NCBI GenBank assembly: GCA_046153565.1
Contig: JBJXDU010000030.1
Coordinates: 3,793-67,792 of the forward strand
DNA: 64,000 bases
DNA from: Sphingomonadaceae bacterium
Lineage (GTDB): Bacteria; Pseudomonadota; Alphaproteobacteria; Sphingomonadales; Sphingomonadaceae
Reading direction: 5' to 3'
The notes under the pieces were generated by a model, which did no database searches, was not told where the DNA came from, and worked only from the letters and a program-made list of their open reading frames with translations. This document shows, piece by piece, positions 21,570 through 28,758 of this stretch. Numbering within the stretch: the first letter of the stretch is position 1; each line of letters begins with the position of its first letter. The position numbers were made by a program, and so were the translations under genes.

Positions 21570-22297
21570 TGGCAACCTTCGTCATGATCCACGGCGCGTG
21601 GCACGGCGGCTGGTGCTTTGACACGCTGCGCCCTTTGCTCGAAGCCAAGGGGCACCAAATGATCGCCCCCGATTTGCCGGGCATGGGCGGCAGCGAAGCC
21701 GAACTGGCTGCGGTGACTCTCGGTGGATGGGCCGATTATGTCGCAGCGATCGTGCGCGATGCCGACGCCCCCGTCATCCTTTGCGGCCATAGTCGCGGTG
21801 GCGTCGTGATCAGCGAAACTGCCGAGCGCGTGCCCGAAAAGATGGCGGCATTGGTTTATATCTGTGCGATGTTGCTCCCCAGCGGCATGTCGCGTGAGGA
21901 GATGCGCAAGGTCAACGACCCCAACCCCGATTTCAACGCGATCCGCAGCAACGTGCCCGGTGGTACGGTGATCGATAAGAGCATGGCTGTGCCAATTTTC
22001 GCGCAGCTCTCCCCACCCGATCTCGCCGCCGCTGCCGCAGCGCGTTTGGTCGCTGAGCCTGCCAAGCCAATGGGCACGATGCTGGCGCTAACCGAGGCAC
22101 GCTACGGCTCGGTGCCGCGCCACTATATCGAATGTCTGCACGACCGCACAATTCCGATCAGCGACCAACGGCGGATGCAGACGCTTCAGCCTTGCGCCAG
22201 CGTCACCAGCCTGGCCGCTGACCACAGCCCTTTCCTCTCCACACCCACAGAACTGGCGGGTGCGCTCATCGCCGTTGCAGAAGGATTAACCCCATGA
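21569..22297 (+). CDS. Alpha/beta-fold hydrolase (esterase, SABP2/methylesterase-like)
   Basis: 242 aa. FVMIHGAWHGGWCF start and nucleophile elbow GHSRGG. Its start overlaps the upstream stop. Confidence 0.72.
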   Translation: MATFVMIHGAWHGGWCFDTLRPLLEAKGHQMIAPDLPGMGGSEAELAAVTLGGWADYVAAIVRDADAPVILCGHSRGGVVISETAERVPEKMAALVYICAMLLPSGMSREEMRKVNDPNPDFNAIRSNVPGGTVIDKSMAVPIFAQLSPPDLAAAAAARLVAEPAKPMGTMLALTEARYGSVPRHYIECLHDRTIPISDQRRMQTLQPCASVTSLAADHSPFLSTPTELAGALIAVAEGLTP

Positions 22298-22833
22298 CCA
22301 TATTCGGGTTTGGCCAATCGCTCGGCCAGATTATCCAGACCGCTTATGTCGTCGAAGATATCCACGAGAGCATTGAGTGGTGGGTGACCGATGCCAAGAC
22401 CGGACCCTGGTTTTTACTCGATAGTTTTCTCGGGGCGGATCATGTCTATCGCGGTGCGCCTTCAACTGCTGACGTCAAAATCGCAATGGGCTTTGCGGGG
22501 CATATGTGCATCGAGCTGATCCAGCCGCTTGATGACAATCCGTCGGTCTACCGCGAAACCGTGCAAGCACGCGGCTATGGCTTCCACCATCTCGGGCTAG
22601 CGGTGGCCGATGTCGATGCCGAAATCCCGCATTACGAAGCGCGCGGCTATGACCTTGCATTTCGCGCGGGCGTGCCTAGTGGCGGCGCGGTTGCCTATAT
22701 GGATGGCGGTCCTGCGAATCCGGGCTTTCTTGAGTTGATCCCGGCAACGGCGGGGATGGACGCGCTCTTCACAAAATTCTGGCGCGCTAGCGTCGATTGG
22801 GATGGCATCGATCCCGTGAGAGCTTTTGGTTAG
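22294..22833 (+). CDS. VOC (glyoxalase/bleomycin-resistance/dioxygenase) family protein
   Basis: 179 aa. Paired beta-alpha-beta-beta-beta pattern with IELIQP and HHLGLAV motifs. 4-nt overlap with the upstream gene. Confidence 0.65.
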   Translation: MTIFGFGQSLGQIIQTAYVVEDIHESIEWWVTDAKTGPWFLLDSFLGADHVYRGAPSTADVKIAMGFAGHMCIELIQPLDDNPSVYRETVQARGYGFHHLGLAVADVDAEIPHYEARGYDLAFRAGVPSGGAVAYMDGGPANPGFLELIPATAGMDALFTKFWRASVDWDGIDPVRAFG

Positions 22834-22848
22834 CGCAGGGATGATGCG

Positions 22849-23358
22849 ATGACAATGATGTCCTCCGCCGAACAAGCCCTCTATGACGCCCTTAATGGCC
22901 TTGCGGTCAAGTGGTCGGTGCATGAGCATGCCGCCGTTTTCACCGTCGAGGAAAGCGCACAGCTGCACCGCGACATTGCGGGATGGCATACCAAAAATCT
23001 GTTTTTGAAGGATGCAGGTGGTCAATTCTGGTTGGTGACGGCACCCCATGATGCACGCGTCGATTTGAAGGCACTGCCCGCCGTGATTGGGGCAAAGAAG
23101 CTGAGCTTTGGCAAGGCGGAGGATATGGAGCGACTGATTGGCATCACGCCCGGATCGGTAACCCCTCTCGCTGCGGTCAATGACATTGCGCGCGCGGTTC
23201 ATGTTGTGATCGATGCACGGCTTGCAAGTGCCGATATCGTCAACGTTCACCCGCTGCGCAACAGCGCGACGATGAGCCTTGCGGGTGCTGACCTTATTAC
23301 CTTTTTGACCTATATTGGTCACGCACCCCAGATTGTGGTGCTACCCACGCCGGGTTAA
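22849..23358 (+). CDS. YbaK/ProX-type aminoacyl-tRNA trans-editing domain protein
   Basis: 169 aa. The HTKNLFLKD and ITPGSVTPL motifs are characteristic of YbaK/EbsC/ProX deacylases. Confidence 0.68.
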   Translation: MTMMSSAEQALYDALNGLAVKWSVHEHAAVFTVEESAQLHRDIAGWHTKNLFLKDAGGQFWLVTAPHDARVDLKALPAVIGAKKLSFGKAEDMERLIGITPGSVTPLAAVNDIARAVHVVIDARLASADIVNVHPLRNSATMSLAGADLITFLTYIGHAPQIVVLPTPG

Positions 23359-23483
23359 CGTTCCACATTTTGCTAATGTCTATCATTATTTTTTCCGATC
23401 TAGCGATGGCTGGTTGCTCGGGTGGGCCATGCCCTGCCATATCGCCGACAAGCTTATTTTAGAAATTTCGTGAGGACGACGCC

Positions 23484-25991
23484 ATGAAATCGACGGCACG
23501 GGTAGTGGTGATAGGGGGCGGCGTTGTCGGCGTTAGCACATTGTATCATCTTGCCAAATTGGGCTGGTCGGACGTTGTCCTACTTGAGCGCAAAGAGCTG
23601 ACGTCGGGATCGACTTGGCATGCGGCGGGGCTATTACCCCTGTTCAACCTGAGCTATTCGGTCGGCAAGATGCACCAATATTCGGTGGGGCTGTATCCAA
23701 CACTTGAGGCCGAAACGGGACTGCATTCTGGCTTCTCAAACGTCACCAACATTCGTCTCGCGGTCACCCAAGACCGGATGGATGAATATGCTTATTATTG
23801 CGGCGTTGCCGAAACTATCGGCGTCGATGTTCGCCGGTTGACGCCTGCGCAGGTCAAAGAGATTTGGCCGCTGTGCATTACCGATGACCTAATTGGGGCG
23901 ATCCAACATCCCGAGGATGGCTATATCCAGCCCGCTGATTTGACCCAAGCGCTCGCCAAGGGTGCGCGGCAACGCGGTGCGACGATTTATCGCAACACGG
24001 TCGTCAATGCGATCACGCAGCAGCCCAATGGTGAATGGCTGATCTCGACCGATCAAGGCGACATCATTTGCGAACATGTCGTTTCGTGCACGGGTAATTT
24101 CGCACGGCAAACCGGGGCGATGGTTGGCCTTGATATTCCGGTCATCCCCGTAGAGCATCAATATGTGGTGACCGAACAGCATCCCGCGATCATGGCGCGC
24201 AAGGCGGCTGGCCTCCCCGAAATGGGCGTTCTACGTGAATCCGATGCTAGCTATTATATGCGCGAAGAAGCGGGTGGCTTGCTGCTTGGCCCTTATGAAA
24301 AGGGTGCGCCAGCTTGTTACATTGATGGCCCGTCATCGAATTCAGAATATGAACTGTTTCCCGACGCGCTTGATCGGCTTGAACCTTACATTATGGCGGC
24401 CATGGCGCGCGTGCCCGCCTTTGGCGAAGTTGGCATCAAGAAAGTCTATAACGGGGCCATCGCTTACACGCCTGATGGATCGCCCATCGTCGGCCCGGCA
24501 TGGGGCCTCAAAAATTTCTGGCTCAATGAAGGTCACAGCTTCGGCGTGACGGCGGCTGGCGGGGCTGGCTGGCAGATTGCACATTGGATCGTCGACGGCG
24601 AGCCGACTATCGACATGATGGGCGTCGATCCCAGGCGCTTTGGCGATTATGCGGGGCGCGGCTATCTGATTGAGAAGAATGAAGAGGCCTATGCCAAGGT
24701 CTTCACCGTTCACTATCCCGATGAAGAGCGTGAGGCCGCGCGTGGTTTGCGGCGCACGCCTTGTTATGACCGGATGAAAGCGCTGGGTGCCGTATTTGGC
24801 AGCGTGTTCGGTTGGGAACGGCCCAATTGGTTCGCGCCAGAAGGCTACAGCCTGACCGACGCTGACCTTGCTAAGCCTGAGGTGCTGCTCAACGACAACC
24901 ACCCCGTTGCGCCCGGTCAAGCAGTGCGCGAAAAATGGTCGTTTCGCCGGTCGAACTATTTTGAGCATGTCGGCGCAGAGTGCTTGCACGTTACGAAGCA
25001 TGTCGGCTTGCAGGATATGAGCGCTTTTGCGAAGTGCGAAATTTCCGGGCCGGGGGCTGAAAGCTGGCTTGACGGGCTGCTGACCAACGCCGTGCCGAAG
25101 AAGATTGGCCGCGTCACGCTTTCCTATTTGCTGACCAGCAAAGGCGGGGTGCGCAGCGAATTCACCGTCTATAAGATTGCGCCGCAACGTTATTATCTTG
25201 TGTCGGCGGGTGCCTATGAACGGCATGATCATGATTATCTGCGCAAGGCTATGCCGCACGATGGATCAGTTACATTCGAACGGCTGACAACATCGATGGG
25301 CGTGCTCGTGCTCGCCGGGCCGAAGTCGCGCGATGTGCTTTCCAAACTGACAGATACTGATCTCTCGAACGAAGCCTTCCCATGGCTCACGGGCAAACGG
25401 ATGAGCATCGGCGCGGCGCCGGTCGATGCACTGCGGGTCAATTTCATTGGTGAACTCGGTTGGGAAATCCATCATCCGATCGAGATGCAAAATTACATCT
25501 TTGACCAGCTGATGGAGGCGGGGGCCGAATTCCGCATCAAGCCGTTCGGCATCCGCGCGATGACTTCGATGGCGCTGGAGAAAAGCTACAAGCTGATCCC
25601 ACGCGAGCTGTCGATTGAATATAGCGCGTTTGAAAGCGGGCTTGATCGCTTCATCAGCCTTAAAAAACCGACCTTCCACGGCCGCGATGCCTTGCTCGCC
25701 AATCGGCAAGCGGGCCATGCCAACGCGCTCGTGACGCTCGAAGTCCACGGCGTCACCGATGCCGATGCGCGCGGTTCGGAGCCGATTTATCAAGGCGATA
25801 TGCTAGTCGGTCGCGCGACATCGGGCGGCTACGGCTGGCGGATTGGCAAATCGATTGCGCTTGCGATGGTGAAAACTGATTTAGCCGCTGAGGGAACTGA
25901 ATTGGAGATTGTCATCCTCGGCAAACGCTACAAGGCAACAATCATTGCCGATTCGCCCTTCGATCCCGATAATAGTGCGCTAAAGGGCTGA
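23484..25991 (+). CDS. FAD-dependent oxidoreductase fused to a GcvT aminomethyltransferase domain (dimethylglycine/sarcosine dehydrogenase-like), paralog 1
   Basis: 835 aa. VVVIGGGVVGVS dinucleotide fold, SGSTWHAAG (covalent-FAD histidine context) and a C-terminal folate-binding GcvT region (ELGWEIH). Confidence 0.85.
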   Translation: MKSTARVVVIGGGVVGVSTLYHLAKLGWSDVVLLERKELTSGSTWHAAGLLPLFNLSYSVGKMHQYSVGLYPTLEAETGLHSGFSNVTNIRLAVTQDRMDEYAYYCGVAETIGVDVRRLTPAQVKEIWPLCITDDLIGAIQHPEDGYIQPADLTQALAKGARQRGATIYRNTVVNAITQQPNGEWLISTDQGDIICEHVVSCTGNFARQTGAMVGLDIPVIPVEHQYVVTEQHPAIMARKAAGLPEMGVLRESDASYYMREEAGGLLLGPYEKGAPACYIDGPSSNSEYELFPDALDRLEPYIMAAMARVPAFGEVGIKKVYNGAIAYTPDGSPIVGPAWGLKNFWLNEGHSFGVTAAGGAGWQIAHWIVDGEPTIDMMGVDPRRFGDYAGRGYLIEKNEEAYAKVFTVHYPDEEREAARGLRRTPCYDRMKALGAVFGSVFGWERPNWFAPEGYSLTDADLAKPEVLLNDNHPVAPGQAVREKWSFRRSNYFEHVGAECLHVTKHVGLQDMSAFAKCEISGPGAESWLDGLLTNAVPKKIGRVTLSYLLTSKGGVRSEFTVYKIAPQRYYLVSAGAYERHDHDYLRKAMPHDGSVTFERLTTSMGVLVLAGPKSRDVLSKLTDTDLSNEAFPWLTGKRMSIGAAPVDALRVNFIGELGWEIHHPIEMQNYIFDQLMEAGAEFRIKPFGIRAMTSMALEKSYKLIPRELSIEYSAFESGLDRFISLKKPTFHGRDALLANRQAGHANALVTLEVHGVTDADARGSEPIYQGDMLVGRATSGGYGWRIGKSIALAMVKTDLAAEGTELEIVILGKRYKATIIADSPFDPDNSALKG

Positions 25992-25995
25992 TTCG

Positions 25996-27234
25996 ATGCC
26001 CCAATTCGCCAATATGAAAGCCTTACTGGCGCAAGATCGCACAGGCTATACGCTGCCGCGTGATCTCTATGTGAGCGACGCGGCCTTTGCCTTTGACACA
26101 CAGGTGATGCTGAAATCAGTCTGGCTTTACGCCTGTACTGTCGCGCATGTGAAGCAGCCGGGCGACTATTTCCTGTTCGAGCTGGGGCATAACTCGATTA
26201 TCATTGTGCGCGGCCGCGACGGCGACGTTCGCGCATTCTGGAACAGTTGCCGCCACCGCGGCGCGCAGCTCTGCGCTGACCAAAGCGGGCGGATGGCGCG
26301 GATCATGTGTCCCTATCATCAATGGACATACGGCCTTGACGGCAAATTGCTAGCCGCGCGCAATATGGGGGCCGATTTCAGCAAGGACGACCATGGCTTA
26401 TCACCCGTAGCGGTTGAAATCATTGGGGGGCTGATCTTCATCTGCATGAGTGACACGCCACCGCCAATTGATCGCGTTAAGGCCGACATCGCCGAACAGA
26501 TTGCGGTCTATGATCTCGCGCATATGAAAGTTGCGGTGCAGGATAATTTGATCGAAGACGCCAATTGGAAGCTCGTGATGGAAAATAATCGCGAATGCTA
26601 TCACTGCGACGTCGGCCATCCCGAACTGATAAGCGTGCTCGGCACCTATGGTTTTGGCAAAGGATTGCCCGAGGACGGCGACACCGATATGGTCGATGAC
26701 CGCGCTTATGATGACATGGTCGAGGCTAAACGTGCAGAGTGGAAGGCGCTTGGTATTTACCGTGACCTTGTCGAATTTCCTGATGGGTGGTGGCACCGGA
26801 TTGCCAGGCTGCCGCTGGCGAACGGTGCCGTGACGCAATCAATTGATGGCAAGCTCGCCTGCCAGAAGCTGATCGGGCCTTTCACGCAGCCTGAAAGCTC
26901 TAGCCTGTCGGTCTGGACACAGCCCAATAGTTGGCATCATTTCTGTTGTGATCATGTCGTCACCTTCTCGCTGACCCCGCTTGCCGCAAACAAGACGTTG
27001 CTGCGCACAAGCTGGCTGGTGCACGAAGATGCGGTCGAAGGGGTCGATTATGACCCTGATCATATTGCCGCTTTATGGCGCACGACCAACAAGCAGGATT
27101 GCCATTTTTCGAGCATCAACCATCTGGGCATATCGTCTGATGGTTATGCTCAGGGGCCCTATGCGGTCGAGGAAAAATTGGTCGACGATTTCAAGCGCTT
27201 CTATGTGGATGCTGCGAAGGCCGCGCTGACATGA
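25996..27234 (+). CDS. Rieske non-heme iron oxygenase, GbcA/Stc2-like (N-methyl quaternary amine demethylase type), paralog 1
   Basis: 412 aa. Rieske motif CRHRGAQLC...CPYHQWTY. Mononuclear iron motif ENNRECYHCDVGHPE. Confidence 0.83.
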   Translation: MPQFANMKALLAQDRTGYTLPRDLYVSDAAFAFDTQVMLKSVWLYACTVAHVKQPGDYFLFELGHNSIIIVRGRDGDVRAFWNSCRHRGAQLCADQSGRMARIMCPYHQWTYGLDGKLLAARNMGADFSKDDHGLSPVAVEIIGGLIFICMSDTPPPIDRVKADIAEQIAVYDLAHMKVAVQDNLIEDANWKLVMENNRECYHCDVGHPELISVLGTYGFGKGLPEDGDTDMVDDRAYDDMVEAKRAEWKALGIYRDLVEFPDGWWHRIARLPLANGAVTQSIDGKLACQKLIGPFTQPESSSLSVWTQPNSWHHFCCDHVVTFSLTPLAANKTLLRTSWLVHEDAVEGVDYDPDHIAALWRTTNKQDCHFSSINHLGISSDGYAQGPYAVEEKLVDDFKRFYVDAAKAALT

Positions 27235-28484
27235 CGCGGTTTAGCGCGCTTAGCCTGTTCACCAATGCGCTTGGCGGTCATAAGGATTGGCCGCGGCAAT
27301 GGCCAGATGCGGCACCCAAGCCAGCCTATGATGCGATCATCGTTGGCGGCGGCGGCCACGGCCTTGGCGCGGCTTATTATCTCGCCAAAAAATACGGGAT
27401 CACTAAGGTTGCGGTCATTGAAAAGGGCTGGATTGGCGGTGGCAATACCGGGCGGAACACCACGATCATTCGCTCAAACTATCTCTACGACGAAAGCGCG
27501 CATCTCTATGATCATGCGGTGAAGCTGTGGGATGGCCTGAGCCGCGAACTCAATTATAACGTCATGTATTCAAAACGCGGCGTCATGATGCTCGCGCACA
27601 ATGTCCATGATGTGCAAAGTTTCAAGCGCCATATTCATGCCAACCGGTTGAACGGCATCGACAATGAATGGCTGACCCCTGAACAAGCCAAGGCCTATTG
27701 CCCACCGCTCAGCATCGATCCGGGCGCCCGTCACCCCGTATTGGGCGCCGCATTGCAACGGCGCGGGGGAACGGCGCGGCATGATAGTGTCGCTTGGGGC
27801 TACGCGCGTGCGGCGGCTGCGCTCGGCGTTGATATCATTCAGAATTGCGCCGTCACCGGCGTGCGCCGCGATGCACAGGGAGCAATCGAAGGCGTTGACA
27901 CAACGCGCGGCTTCATTGCGGCGAAGAAAGTTGGCGTCTCAGCTGCAGGTAATACGTCGATGATCATGAATATGGCGGGGCTGTCGTTCCCGCTCGAAAG
28001 CTATCCGCTGCAAGCACTCGTGTCCGAACCAGTGAAGCCAATCTTTCCCTGCGTCGTAATGTCAAACACGGTTCACGCTTATATGAGCCAATCGGACAAG
28101 GGCGAGCTCGTTATCGGCGCGGGCACCGACCAATATGTCAGCTATTCGCAGCGCGGCGCGCTCCACATCGTTGAACATACGCTTGCGGCGATTTGCGAGA
28201 TTTTCCCGATTTTCTCACGGATGCGGATGTTGCGTTCATGGGGCGGAACTGTCGACGTCACCCCGGATCGGTCGTGCATTTTGGGCAAGACTCCGGTGCC
28301 GGGCCTTTACGTCAATTGCGGCTGGGGCACGGGGGGCTTCAAGGCAACGCCGGGCGCTGCCGACTTGCTTGCCTATACAATCGCCAAGGATGAACCGCAC
28401 CGCATCAACGCGCCGTTCACGCTTAACCGGTTTCGCAATGGCCGGTTGATCGATGAGGCCGCGGCAGCAGCGGTGGCGCATTGA
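27231..28484 (+). CDS. soxB: Heterotetrameric sarcosine oxidase beta subunit
   Basis: 417 aa. DAIIVGGGGHGLGAAYYLAK, then the typical SoxB run GNTGRNTTIIRSNY. The operon order is soxB-D-A-G. Confidence 0.9.
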   Translation: MTRFSALSLFTNALGGHKDWPRQWPDAAPKPAYDAIIVGGGGHGLGAAYYLAKKYGITKVAVIEKGWIGGGNTGRNTTIIRSNYLYDESAHLYDHAVKLWDGLSRELNYNVMYSKRGVMMLAHNVHDVQSFKRHIHANRLNGIDNEWLTPEQAKAYCPPLSIDPGARHPVLGAALQRRGGTARHDSVAWGYARAAAALGVDIIQNCAVTGVRRDAQGAIEGVDTTRGFIAAKKVGVSAAGNTSMIMNMAGLSFPLESYPLQALVSEPVKPIFPCVVMSNTVHAYMSQSDKGELVIGAGTDQYVSYSQRGALHIVEHTLAAICEIFPIFSRMRMLRSWGGTVDVTPDRSCILGKTPVPGLYVNCGWGTGGFKATPGAADLLAYTIAKDEPHRINAPFTLNRFRNGRLIDEAAAAAVAH

Positions 28485-28485
28485 T

Positions 28486-28758
28486 ATGATGCTGATCCCC
28501 TGCCCTTACTGCGAAGAAGCGCGTCCCGAAATTGAATTTGCTTATGCCGGACAAGCCCATATCGCGCGCCCTGCTGACCCTTCGACACTGAGTGACCAAG
28601 AATGGGAAGCCTTTCTGTTCATCCGCGCCAATCCGCGCGGACGACATAATGAACGGTGGCGGCATGTGCATGGGTGCGGGCGCTTTTTCAATGCGGTGCG
28701 TGACACCGTGACCGACAAGTTTGAAACAACGTACAAAGCGGGCGAGGCGCGGCGGTGA
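28486..28758 (+). CDS. soxD: Sarcosine oxidase delta subunit
   Basis: Trimmed to MMLIPCPYCEEARPEIEFAYAGQAHI, the SoxD zinc-ribbon start, giving about 90 aa. It starts 2 nt after the soxB stop. Confidence 0.85.
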   Translation: MMLIPCPYCEEARPEIEFAYAGQAHIARPADPSTLSDQEWEAFLFIRANPRGRHNERWRHVHGCGRFFNAVRDTVTDKFETTYKAGEARR

